Source: Intoshia linei (Eukaryota; Animalia; Orthonectida). Taken from it: 64,000 nucleotides of DNA. Both the position numbers and the translations under genes were made by a program. Below the pieces are notes generated by a model, which made no database searches, was not told where the DNA came from, and saw nothing but the letters and a program-made list of their open reading frames with translations. The stretch's first letter is position 1. Each line of letters opens with the position of its first letter. Positions 51,581 to 64,000 of this stretch are shown here, piece after piece. Location of the stretch: assembly GCA_001642005.1 (NCBI GenBank), contig LWCA01000060.1, positions 1 through 64,000 of the forward strand. Direction: 5' to 3'.

Positions 51581-54120
51581 TCAGTTTTCTAAATCATCAC
51601 AATTTCTAAAATATATATAAGTCAATAAATAATTGAAAATAATAAATGCATTACTTAAGTAAATTTTTGATGGCATTATCAAGTGATTCTTCGCTTAGAC
51701 ATCTTCTGAGTAAATGTTTGAGCAATTCGACTAATAAGTCTTGTAAAATACCGGGAACAGAGGATTCAGTGCTAATTAAAACATTTATCAGGTTGTCTAT
51801 ATCTGGATTGGCAGCCCCGTATTTATTTAGAGATGTGGTATATGTTTTTGTACCTCGAATAATCTGTATTAGAAATGCCGAAGCACCTGAACACTTGTCT
51901 TTTGAAGTAGTCATTACAGAGCAAGATAATGATTTTTGTTTGACCATTTTTTGTTGCGAGAGTTTTTTTTTTTCATTCGTAAATATTTCGTTTTTTGGTG
52001 ACAAATTTAACATATCCACTTTATTCTTAAATTCTTTAGATTTTACTGTTAATTTGTTAGCTTTTGGAACTTCTACAACGTTTGTGTGATATGATACCAC
52101 ATCGTTTCGTCTCGCTGGAGGTTCTGGTATTCGTCTAACGGTGTCTGTATTTTCTTTTACTACTTGTAAATTTTTTGAAATTGAAGGTTTTTGTGATTCT
52201 AACGGCTGTTTGCTGCAATCGGTCATTTTGGATGGTATATGAGATTTACTTATTAATGGTTCACTTACTCTTTTAGGTGAAGAATTAGAGATTGGTTGAG
52301 ATTTTTTTATTGTACCCAAATCGAAGGCAATGTGTCTAAAATAAAAAATATATAAATTTTCATATCTAAAATCAAGTCCTAGAATTTTATACAACATAAA
52401 TTGTGGGATAGTGTTTTAAATCAAACGTTATCATAAATTGCAAACTCGAAAACGTGCATTTTCAAGATCATAACTTAAGATTACCTTTTTTTTTTAAAAT
52501 AAATAAATTTCATTATTATGAAATTTTTTCTAGCACCCCGATGGTATTACATCCCCGGTTAAGAAACACGACTCTAGACAGAAAATAAACCAGTTTTGAT
52601 AATTAGATTAAGTAGTAAAATTCAGGGCCGTTGAGGGCCATCATGGTTGTAGGCTCTCTCCACGACCCTGGTACAATGTACCTAATAAAAAATATTAATA
52701 GTTATAATGAATTCCGTATACACTTAACGGACTTATCCGTGACAGGATTCCAATACCACCATCTTCAATTTTGTTTTTTAGTTAAAAAACTAGAAATTTG
52801 ATTCAAGCGTAATTTATTAAATATATCGCAAAATAAAAATATTACCCAACACCATCTTCTGCTTTTACTCTATATAAAAATGAAAACTATAAAAATTCAA
52901 TATTACGTATCATAGCTTAGTACTTCATCATCAAACATAGATCCTCTGCTATTGAGATGTTGTTGGTAGGTTTGAATTTTATCTATAAGCACAGCGACCT
53001 TCTTGGCTTTTTTTATAAAACTGTGTTTTAAGAGTTCTTTTGTAGTAGATCTCTAAAATATAATTACTAGCAAGAATCTAAAATATTTTACTTGATTTGG
53101 ATCTTTTTTGAGGCAGCAATCTACAAAGTCACGAAAAGATTTGGAAAATTTTGATTCTAGTTGTGGTGGAGGGTTTTTAGGTATACTCATTAATACTTTC
53201 ATGGGATGCAAATCAGCCAATGGAGGTTCACCTCTTGCCATTTCAATAGCAGTAATTCCAAGACTCCATATATCAGCCTAAATAAATTATAATACATGTT
53301 ACAGATTGTTTGAATGTAAGTCGTTATTTACAGGAAAATTAAGTTTAACTAAACCCAAGAGTATTTTTATTACAGATTAAAACGGATTTTTTCTAGGGTT
53401 ACCAAAATAAGTTTTAATAAATATCAACTAAATACATCAAATAAAAAACCTTGATATCGTAAAATTCTTGTTGAATAACTTCTGGAGCCATCCAATACGG
53501 AGCTACATAAATAATGTCATACAAATGGTGTTAAAAATTACTGCCAACAAAGGAATTTCTCCTATTCAGGGTTTCAGAGAGCTGCCCCGCGACTCCAAAG
53601 TCGGCAATTTTGACATTCCCCTTTTCAGTCAACAGAATATTGGCGGCTATAAATAGACTGAATGGTAGCAAAAAAGCATTAAACGAAACCTTTGACATCA
53701 CGATGAACCTTTTTTTGTCCGTGTATATAATCTAACCCCAGGATAACTTCCCTAAGAATAGTCGAAATTAAGTTTTCTTTAAGTGGTCCTAAACTCATGA
53801 TATCAAGAATAGAACCACCTCCCATATATTCCATGACGATCCAAAGTTTTGAACCCTAAATTTTTATAGTAAACCCAAATTACAAAGTTTACATCGACAT
53901 AAGAACCAAAATAACGCGTAATATACTCGCTTTTGGACTGGGACAACATTTTGATTTCATTCTGAATACTGCCCAAGTCGTCGTCACTTTCTTCCATATC
54001 AATTATTTTTACTGCTACCGTCTGATTGTTGGACATGTCAATCATTTTGTAAACGTCACCAAACGAACCATGCCCAATCTTTTCTAAACGTCTATATTTC
54101 TTATCCAATTCAGTTTTCAT
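51581..54120 (-). CDS. GCKIII Ste20-like kinase (STK24/25/26), multi-exon
   Basis: [85 protein letters not shown]; C-terminal helical domain (SVPGI...LLVELL). Last exon uncertain (alternative stop at 51651). Confidence 0.92.
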
Positions 54121-54316
54121 CTCCAATAAAGTCACAATGTTGGATTGTTATAATATCAAGTATTATATTGATACTTAATTCAGCGATTACAATTGACGCT
54201 AGAAAATATTTAACTAAGTAAACCTCTAAAACTATGGACACTATTTCATTAAATAAATAATACATGCATTTGATTTTTGGTTTAGACTTTAAACAACAGG
54301 TTTATTTAAATTTACA

Positions 54317-57300
54317 CTAATTTTTATTTTTAGTATCTGGTTGGGCTATTTCATCGTTGAACGATAGGTTTAAATGGAATTCATTTGGATATTTTTGTTT
54401 TGGGTCTATACCCATGCTGAGAGTGCTGTCGGATTTTATCGTTCTATTTGGTTTTATTGGACAGTTGTAGTCGGCACTGTTTAAGCTGATAATGTTGGTA
54501 GAAGAAGAATAGGAATTGGTGGAAAATAGTATATTTTCAATATTTCCGGATTCGCTACTCTTTTTTTCCGAACTACCCAATAAGTCAAAAGTCAAACTTG
54601 TTTTGGAATATTCAGCGTTGCTATCTGTTGAAGAATTTTTAATGCTATTATCTGCAAGTAGGTCTAAAAATTAATCAATTTAGTATTTCAAAAATTTTAC
54701 CAATTATTGGAGGTGGAGGTCGCACCTAAATAATTTTGTATACGTTGATTTTTTTAATTACCCCTCGACCTTTTTCTTCACTCGTATACAGTAAATCTAA
54801 TATAAAGTAAATTAAAGGCGAACATTCAGTTGAGCTATACATCTTAGAGCAGGGTCGGCAACATTTTGCAACTCGTGGGCCACTTTTTTATATCAAAAAA
54901 TTCCACGGTTTTGAAAATTTACACATGATACATTTTAATTAAAGATTAACGGTTCTAGTATATTCAACAAAATAAAACCCAGGGTGATTTGAAAATTCAG
55001 TATTAAAATGATTATAATGAACCAAGTATAGTATAAAATGTTTAAAATTTGAAAAATAAATAATTACATATTTACTCAAAGGGCCACCAAAAGTATTCTG
55101 TGGACCACTGGTTGCCGACCCCTGTCTTAGAGCGATATAATCATCGCCTTTGTTAATTAATCATAATATTTATTTTTTGACAATATTTTTAGAGTTTCTT
55201 TAATGACAATGACAAAAATTTTGTACGTTTATTAAGAGAAATTTTTTTTCACCCAATTTTTAAAGATAATTTTGTAAAGTTTTTAAAAAAGTTTTTATCT
55301 ACTATTTTTTAAAGATTTTGGAGATAATTTTGGGACCAAAATTTTGTAGATTTTTTAAGTGAATAATATTTTTTTACCCAAAATTTTTAAAGATCATTTT
55401 GTAGAGTTTTTAAAGGAAGTTTTTATCTACTACAGTCCGCGAAATAAAGATAAGCCCAACAGTTTTTTGTTAATAGTTTATTAAATATGATAGATAAAAA
55501 TCAAGAATATGAAAATATAACGAGATGAACATACAATAAAATTATTATTTAAGTAAAAACCTACAAATACATTTCTAAACAAATTAGCTTGTCAAGAAGT
55601 GTGGTATCAACGTTTCTACGTAATCCTGAATCATGTGGAACATTAAAAAGTCCAGGTAGACCCAAAAAAGTAACAAAAAGAATGGAAACACATATTATAC
55701 GTAAGGCTTCCACGGGAAAATTGACTGCCAGAGACATAATTCAAGAACTACAGCCACCTGTTCAACTTCGTAGAGTTCAACAGATCATTAGCAAGTGTTC
55801 TCATTTGAAATGGAGTAAACGTATGCACGCTCCAGTTCTTACAAAAATGTGAAACCAAAATTCTGAAAATTATATTAATACATTATCAGAAAATATAATT
55901 CCATTTGCACATTTACATTATGGTACAGATTTCTTTTTCCAACAAGACAATGCTTCAATCCATACTTCAAAGTTGGTAAAAACATGGTTTCAAGATAATT
56001 CTATTGATGTAATTGATTAGCCATCAAAGTCACCAGACTTAAATCCAATTGAAAACCTTTGGGGAATTTGGGCGATGTCTGTTTACAAAAATGGGAGGCA
56101 GTTTAGCAATACTGAGGAACTAACAAAATTGATTATATTGGAATGGAATAAAATTAATCAAAATCTTTTACAAAAATTAATAACGTCTATGTAAAATAGA
56201 TGTCTTGATGTTGTACAAAATAAAGGAGAAAAAACACACTATTAAATATGTAAATGGATATACTAAATTATTTTTATTCATTGGACTTATGTTCATTTCG
56301 CTTATTATAATAGATATATCATCAAGTGTCAATTCTTTTGTATATCTTAGTGTGAAAATTTCACCTTTCAATCACAATTATTAACAAAATCTTAACGAAA
56401 AAAATGTTGGGTTATCTTTATTTCGTGCACTGTATTTTTCAAAGATTTTGGGACCAAAATTTTGTAGGTTTTTTAAGGGAATAATATTTTTTTACTCAAT
56501 TTTTAAAGATAATTTTGTAGTGCTTTTAAGGGAAGTTTTTATCTATTATTTTTTAAACATTTTGGAGATAATTTTGGTCCCAACATTTTTTTAGAACCAA
56601 AATATTGTGGGGTTTTTAAGGGAAATTTTTTCTACCATTTTTTAAAGATTTTGGATATAATTTTGGTCCCAACATGTTGTAGTGTTTTTAATGAAATATT
56701 TTTAACATTTTATGGGACCTTTAAAAATTGTGTAAAAAAACTTCCTTTAACCCTACAAAATTTTGGTCCAAAAGTTATGAATGTTAATATAAGATAATAA
56801 AAATATGAATAAATGAACTCACTAAAATTTCGTGAAAAAATCAATGATATGATAAGTTAGTAAAATCGATGATTTATGTCGCTCCAAAGAATGGACGTCA
56901 AATTAACTTGTGCAAATTTATTGTATGACTAATTTAATGATTATAATTTTACCAGGCTCACTAGACGAATCACTATCATTGTATGAATCTTGATTATAGT
57001 CTATATCTTCATTCATTTCATCTAAAAGTAAAAATTTATGAATACACCTGAAAAAAATCAAACCTGACGAAGTTCTATCTTTTGAGTCCTTAATCGTGTT
57101 ATATACTTCCTCGTCTACCCATTCCTCATTGTAAATATCATGATAGCTGTGACAAAAGAGTTCAACTTTTAGTATAATGTTGTTAAACTAAATGTTTAGT
57201 AGTTTTTGTTACATGTTGAGTGAAACCTTTATATTGTTGAATGATAATGCATTCAAAGCAGAAATTGAATTATCAAAAGTAATAATAACATTTTCTCGGG

Positions 57301-60300
57301 TTCCTCTAAATTTGTAACTTTAAGATAACAAGAAATATATTTAAACCTCATGTAAGTAATTCCACCCCAATGTTTGAAAAATAGCAACAAATTTTGTTGA
57401 TTCATTGATTCTTTTGTTTCATTATATACAATAATACTACAATCATAAGGTCCACTGTCGATTATTGTATTTTTATAGATTTCTTTCAATTTATTATTAT
57501 CTGGAATATCAACTAGAACTTCAAATGCAGCAGTGACAGGTCTAAACAAAATATTAACACATACCGTAATGCTAAATGGTTACTTGTGGTCCGAACAGAC
57601 AATGTCAGGTGACGAAGAATAATATAAGAGCTTAATGGCATTTTCTTTATTATGTTTATCTATATTTCAGAAATTGAAATGTATACATTTAAAATTAAAT
57701 TACCGGGATAATTTCGATATTTATACAAAATTCTATCGCACCATGAAGGTATTCTATTTTTGTCACTGGTGTCGTAAACATTTGTATTTACATCAAATTT
57801 ATATGTAGGATTAAAAGTGATGCCACCTTCTTTAAATCCACCAAAAACCTAAAATTGACGCATATATTAATTTTTCAAATGCTAAATTTTAAATATTTAC
57901 ACTTCCGTTCAGTTTATTAACATTGAGTTGGTCGAGTCTTAACAAAGTATTCAATTTGTTACTTTTAATACAGGATTTGACAATTTTGTTATTCGAATTT
58001 ATTCTATAATTCATATCCCCACACCAAAACAAAAAATCACTACATAATATTGACCTAGACTAGAGGAGTTTAGCTTAATATTGATAAAACTACTTACACA
58101 AGGAAATGTTAATTTAGTTAATGCCGTGTAAAAGTCAGCGTTTCTTTCTTTGAATTCACTTTGACCAGCAGTAAAATGACTATTTATAAAACAAAAAGAA
58201 TTTCCGAAAAGGTTAAATCGAATGGCTACACTACCTTTATTTCCTACTGTTCCACGAAATCCTGTTTTAGTTGAATCACTTGATACGTATCTAATTTATA
58301 TCTAAATTTTTGAATTTTGGCAATTATACCTCACGTACGGAACCAAATCTGCTTTTACAAATATATAAAGAACAACTCCAACTAATTGTAACGAATGTAA
58401 GAGTCTAAATTTTCGTTGTCCATTCGCATTTAAAACTCGTAGTAATACATCTTTCCATTTGTTGGCTTGAACAGATCTAGATAATATTATTTATATATTA
58501 AAACGATTATACCCAGAATATACAATGTTTGATGCGTTCAAATCAACTACTTCCTAAAAAATTAAATTAACATACTATAATTATAATGCAGGGGTTCCCG
58601 CACTTTTTTCACGACCGACCGGTAATTTAAAATATTATTTATTTTTAAATTTTCAACTTTTAAACAGCGTTTCAAACAGTTTCTACTATAATTGGCTCAT
58701 TATAATCATTTTAATACTGAATTTACAGATCGCATTAGATTTTATTTTGTTGAATATACTAGAACCGCTTCTCTTCAGTTAAAATTAAAATGTATAATTT
58801 TCAAAAACGGGCCCGTAGAACCCTTCGATAAATCCATTTTTGCCATCGAGGTTTTCCACAAGTTTGGACATGGTTATTAATTATTGGACAATTAGTTTCA
58901 ACTTGCAACTAATTACGCATCGAAAATAATTAAATTAGATTTTCAACTTGAATATATTTTTTTGGTAGAACTAGATGTTGTTTGTACGTAGTACACAACA
59001 GTCAACGAGTATACAGTAAAGTTAATTGGTAAAAAATGTATATCTGTTTATTTAAGAAAGTAAGGAAAGTCGAGTTTTACAAATTCCATATTCTTATAAC
59101 AATTTTTCCAGATTGATGTTTTATCGAAAATTTTAATTTCAGAAATTGAGTCCTTCAAGGTTAAAAACCTCAATTCTCCTTTGTTTTTAAATTCATCAAT
59201 ATTATGATAATTTTCAATTTCAAAATCTATAATCGCCAAAACCTCAAATTACCCTTTTTTGTAAAAATTAAAGTCTTATAATTGTATACAACATTAATTC
59301 TGGAATGGTTTTTAAATTGATAATCATTATCATTATAAAAAGTATAATTTTAGCAATTTAATTACTCACAAAATCACGCAATTAACACAGAAAATGGTAT
59401 TCAGCAGGGATGCCCAACCTGTCGATCGCAGATGATTTTCTAGTAGGTCGCCAAATTTAAAAAATTAAAATTAATTTTTTATTGTAATAATATTAGTTAT
59501 TAACTATTAATGTAGTAAATTAATCTCTATTTTAATATTGTTAAAATTTTTACACATCTAAATAAATATAATCCCTCGCAGCAATTTTGCAATTATTAGA
59601 AACTAGTCTCAGTGATACTCTAAGTGTCTGAATTTTTTATGTATTAATCAGCGAATCAATATATATCGTATGCTAAAAAAAATAAAAAAATGGGCCGAAT
59701 TAATTAGTAGAAATTTACCTTTTTCATTTATATGTAGATATGAAAGTCTCAACAATTTTGGAAAACAATAAATATAATTATGTATTGATATATTCAATAT
59801 ATATTATATTCTATACATCTATCTAATTTCCATTATTCATCACAACCTCGTACATTTTTGAATTAAATGATTTATGTGGCCTTATAATCATGTCTTTTTC
59901 CTTTAAAATTACTTCCTGGACAATAATTTTCTGCCATATATGCATTTTCAAATTAAATTGTGAACCATCATGTAGCTGATTCTTCATAATTGACAATAGA
60001 TTTTCTATTGGGAATATATCAGGAGAATCAGGAGACCAACCTAATAATTTTATTGATTCAGCAGCAAACCTTTCCCTTGTTTTTTGATCACATGAGGTTT
60101 AGTATTATCTTGTTGAAAGACAAAGCCAGGAACTATGTTACTTAGTTGAGTAAATACATCTTCAAATAAAATTTTTTATAAGAATCGCTATTAACAGTAT
60201 GCTCAAATTTCCTAATCATAACTTTACCGCAAGATGTTAAACAACTCCCAATCATTATGGATCCACCTTAAAATGGTCTTTTTCGGAGTTTTAATGGTTT

Positions 60301-63300
60301 CACGACATGAGATTATCACTTTCATCTAAAGAAAATCAACATTCATCCGAAAATATGATTTTATCGACATGAACCCTATAAAAAAAGGTTGTGTACAAAA
60401 TTTAGGCGGCCATTCTTTTGTGCATCAGTCAATGTTAGTTTTTGCAATGAACGTCAATACTTCAAACCGCTATCATTAAAGGCCAGTCAAATAGTTGCTT
60501 TTCAAGAAGTACATCGCATACTTGCAGCAACGGATGTGGATATAACAACCTTCAAGATTTTTGCACCCATCAGCAGATTTTTTAATTACTTTTTAACTCT
60601 TTCTTTTTTTAAATTTGTAATTCGCTTCAATTTGATTGGTCTTTATTCATTTCCAATGTTCTAAATTGTTCTAAGGGAAACATTGCGACTTTTTGCTATA
60701 TTTACCTTTTCGATACCATCCTTCAAATCTTTTTCTATTAATTTTGTAATATTATTTGACAGTGTCATTTGTGATAAAGAAAACAGTTTAAAAACAATTA
60801 TTTGTCAAAAAATCTGAATTTATTATGTTTTCGATAGTTTTGCAAAATTGGTAAGACGTTTAAAGTAACAAAATAATTAAAAACTTTAATTTCTACGACT
60901 TTTTTCAGATTTTTTTTTATTTTATTTCCAATGAAAGATCTTGCTAAATCGTTTAATACATAACAAATAGAAAAACATAGCATGTAGTTTAGATTAGTTT
61001 ATACCAATTGCACTTGGAATTATTCCAAATTTTAATTTTTATATTTTCTACCATCACACTGAAAATATTTAGTTATACATTTTTTATAGGATTCCGTAAG
61101 GCGATTTATTTGAAATAGGTTCCGATCAGAAACATTTTTCTAGTCAATGTATTAGTTGATCGCCACTCATTGAAAATTTATAAAGTCGATGCATAAAAAA
61201 AAAGTTGGGCACCGCTAGTATACAGTGGCTTAATTAATCACGATTTAAATGCAATGTCAAGATTACCACCTAAAGAGGAACTAGTAAGGATCATTACGGT
61301 GAATTCGGAAGATTCTAAGACTATTATTTTTGGTTTATTAGCGAAATAAATTTATAATTTATGAAATGGTTTTTCATTGGAACATGTCAATTTATCATTG
61401 ATAAAAAAAAAAATTTTTTTATTTACATTAACTCAAAAAATTGATTATTAGTTATTAAAAGTTAATAAACAATATAAATACAAATACTGTACAACATAAC
61501 CTAATTGGGATCAAGTTTTCAACGTCAGATTCTAAAAAAATTGAAAACTGAAGATAAAGCATTCTTTTACCTTGAAATGTCTTATTTTGTAAAGATAGTA
61601 CAATGTTTCAATACATTTTCAGTTATACAAGAAAAAAACTGAGAAAGAGCCTACAAACGGTCAATTTTCAATATGAAAGGATATAAAGATTTCAAAAGCA
61701 TAAAATATAAAATGAAATATTCTAATTTGTTATTATTTCATCGTTATCTAGGAATTTAACTGTAATTTTCAAAAATTAAGAAATGTTTGACGTCAACCAT
61801 TTTGATACTTTATGCAAACTGCAATAATTTTTAATTAAAATGTACGTTTTTGTAAATATAAAAAATTGATCAGATTCTATAATAAATAAAATACGCAATA
61901 AAATTAAATGTAAATATTGCAATCATAATGAATATTTGATTCATAGTTTTTCAGTTAATGTTAAAAAAATTAATTTCACAAATTCACGCTTTCACGAAAA
62001 AATGTTAGGAAAACAGAATAAATTAAAAACAAGGGGATTTTTTGTGACGAAAATAAAAAAAATTATATTATTCTACACCAAATTAAATGGAGATTATTAT
62101 CTATATATATGTCTTTTTTAAATTTCAAAAGTCCAAATTGTAATAACCCTATTGTACATAATATAACTAGGAATATACAAAAGTATTTAGAGGCATAATT
62201 CATAGTTAAAAACAAAATACCTGAACCCCGATAGCACAAATGTCAATTTCTTTAGATAAATCCATTGCCGGTGAAATTTTATCTACTTAAATATATAAAA
62301 ATTAAAAAAAAATATACCAGGATGTTTAATAGATAAATACAATGCCATATCATTTAAAAGAGAATTCAAACAATCTGAATCGATTCGTGATTCTTTAATA
62401 GAATTTACATTCCAAGTAGTAAATGACACGCGTATTGCTTTATTTACAATGTATTCCTATAAAAAATTATATAAATACAAAAAAGTAAAACTTTTCTTCG
62501 GCTAATCAAAGTTTGCGCGACATTCAAGGGTACTATATTTTATTAATTAATATTTTTCCATAATTACAATTTCGAAGAGATCTGGGTAATAAAGATGACA
62601 TTTTTTCCCCGATATCAGTTTTAGGGGAAAACCCATTAACCATAAGATCAAAAGATTCATTTTTGCCTTCATCCATTCCGAAATTATTGTTTATTGCTCT
62701 AGTGGTCGATCTCATTGCATCAATAGCCTAAACTCAGTTTAAGTTGATTTAAATTTAAATCATATATTAAAAGTTTTACCAATTTACTAATTGTCTATTA
62801 TAAATAAATTATCAAAATATATTATTAATATATCAATTATTTAAGTTAAATACAATACCTTGTGGTTACTATTTAAGGCTCCAGTTCCAGTGTATATAGT
62901 TGATATTGCATTGCCATTTAATGTCCAACAGTCATTTAATGCCAATTGAAATTCACGTAAATCTTTCACTCGGTTAATCATGTTTAACATTTTAATCAAA
63001 TACTAAATACATAACACACAAATGACAATCATTTTTAAATTTAAACGTACCTGAGTACAAATATAAGCCTGTAAAGCATTGGTACGATCAAGGCAATCAA
63101 TACAATTGACTCTGAAAGTGGATCTCTGCTTATTCAGACAGAAGGTTCCTTTCATTAATACAATATGATTGTCTGTAAAACTACGTAGGTGGTCCATGTA
63201 AAGTTGACGCATTGCATTTTCAAAATTAAATTTTTTCACTTGTGCGTGAAAGTCAATATGCTTGAATTTTATTTTTTGTGTATTATTGAAAGAGTTCCAG

Positions 63301-63556
63301 AGGTTGATGCAAGACTAATAAAAATAACAATTAAATAACATCCATAGTCAAAAAGCGGTTATTAGATAAAAATTTACTTGATATTTGCGACTAATGATTA
63401 GTTCATCTTGCTTTTCTGAGACAAGGTTTATAATATAAATATTCCCATAAGTTTTAAATAATTGACTAAAATGACGTTGAAATGACGGCATTGTTGATTG
63501 TATGGAACGGGGATATTGTATACGATGAGATCCAACCTGAATGCCTCGTTGGTTCC
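54317..63556 (-). CDS. SYNJ1: Synaptojanin (SAC1 + inositol 5-phosphatase + RRM-like + Pro-rich tail), 5' part outside the window
   Basis: [82 protein letters not shown]. Confidence 0.93.
54850..55124. mobile_element. hAT-type MITE
   Basis: CAGGGTCGGCAAC / GTTGCCGACCCCTG with 8-bp TSD TCTTAGAG. Confidence 0.9.
55190..56770. repeat. Degenerate minisatellite-like array interrupted by a Tc1 element
   Basis: Recurrent TTTTTAAAGAT(AA)TTTTG(T/G)AG...TTTTTAAGGGAA units either side of 55433-56432; also at 50190-50330. Confidence 0.65.
55433..56432 (+). mobile_element. Internally deleted Tc1/Tc3-like transposon
   Basis: ~29-bp imperfect TIRs CAGT(C/G)C(G/A)CGAAATAAAGATAA...CCCAACA with TA TSD; [16 protein letters not shown] and [12 protein letters not shown] motifs. 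Confidence 0.92.
59405..61217. mobile_element. hAT-type MITE split by a Tc1 insertion
   Basis: CAGGGATGCCCAAC / GTTGGGCACCGCTA ends, GTCGATCG subterminal motifs, 7/8 TSD GTATTCAG / GTATACAG. Confidence 0.7.
59570..61015 (-). mobile_element. Decayed Tc1 element related to 44773-46915
   Basis: Minus frame [42 protein letters not shown] and [13 protein letters not shown]; TIR-like sequence at 59570-59770 matches 44773-44945. Confidence 0.8.
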
Positions 63557-64000
63557 TAAAATAACATTAAATCCAAATATGTAACTATATTTTGAAAAAA
63601 CAATGCAAAGGACAGAAATACACCATTACAGATTGAGTTTCATATTTTTTGACACCCTATAATAAATAATTATCATTTTTGGATATAATTCTAAGATTTT
63701 GAAATAATAAAGACAATAAATGGAATTAAAATGATTTATTAACAAAATTAAAGTGAGTAATGTACTGTAAGAATCGCAGGTCAGATTCGGCCCAAGTGTC
63801 GTAGTTTGATAACAATGGCACAAATTATTACAATTAATTTAAAAAAATCCAGCACCAAGAGAAAATATACATTTTTCAATTGAATACAGACTCCCTTGAT
63901 TTACGCAAAATTCGGTTAATGAGGTATTTTTTTTGTGTGCTAATTCCTCAAATAACGTAGCGAAAAATAAATTTAAAGCGAATTTTAAAATTTTAAAAAA

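Noticed and set aside
51646-52089. 147-aa plus-strand ORF
   Set aside because: Antisense to the STK24/25/26 C-terminal exon, no recognisable motifs.
53530-53570. Apparently abnormal kinase activation loop
   Set aside because: Splicing (GGC A|CT CCG) restores GTPYWMAPE; only a conservative Thr-to-Ser change (RNSFVGT) remains.
60389-60664. 91-aa plus-strand ORF
   Set aside because: Antisense to the decayed Tc1 transposase.

Overview
Very AT-rich, gene-dense eukaryotic (metazoan-type) DNA with a strong peak of tiny GT-AG introns (~30-45 nt) plus a few multi-kb introns packed with transposon debris. The architecture suggests a reduced invertebrate parasite such as an orthonectid; this is inference only. 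By hand-splicing I can support 12 protein-coding genes: Rubicon-like (+), DDX41 (+), hnRNP Q/R (+), UBXN7 (-), JADE (-, split by a 6.7-kb intron), ANKRD11/12 (+), a USP deubiquitinase with an embedded RING-like finger (-), Rab2 (-), a NEDD4-family Itch/WWP-type HECT ligase (-), PSMD9 (+), a GCKIII/STK24-25-26 kinase (-) and synaptojanin (-, 5' end outside the window). Mobile DNA includes pogo/Tigger, Tc1/mariner, hAT, piggyBac and Gypsy remnants, many MITEs with TSDs, non-autonomous Helitrons and foldback-like elements, often nested. The most notable observations are a USP with a RING-like insertion, operon-like spacing of co-oriented genes, a start codon split by an intron, a truncated RUN-less Rubicon, an identical 19-mer in two promoter-like gaps and an intronic 86-nt hairpin. 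No rRNA, tRNA or CRISPR features were seen. Gene coordinates are outer bounds from manual splicing.
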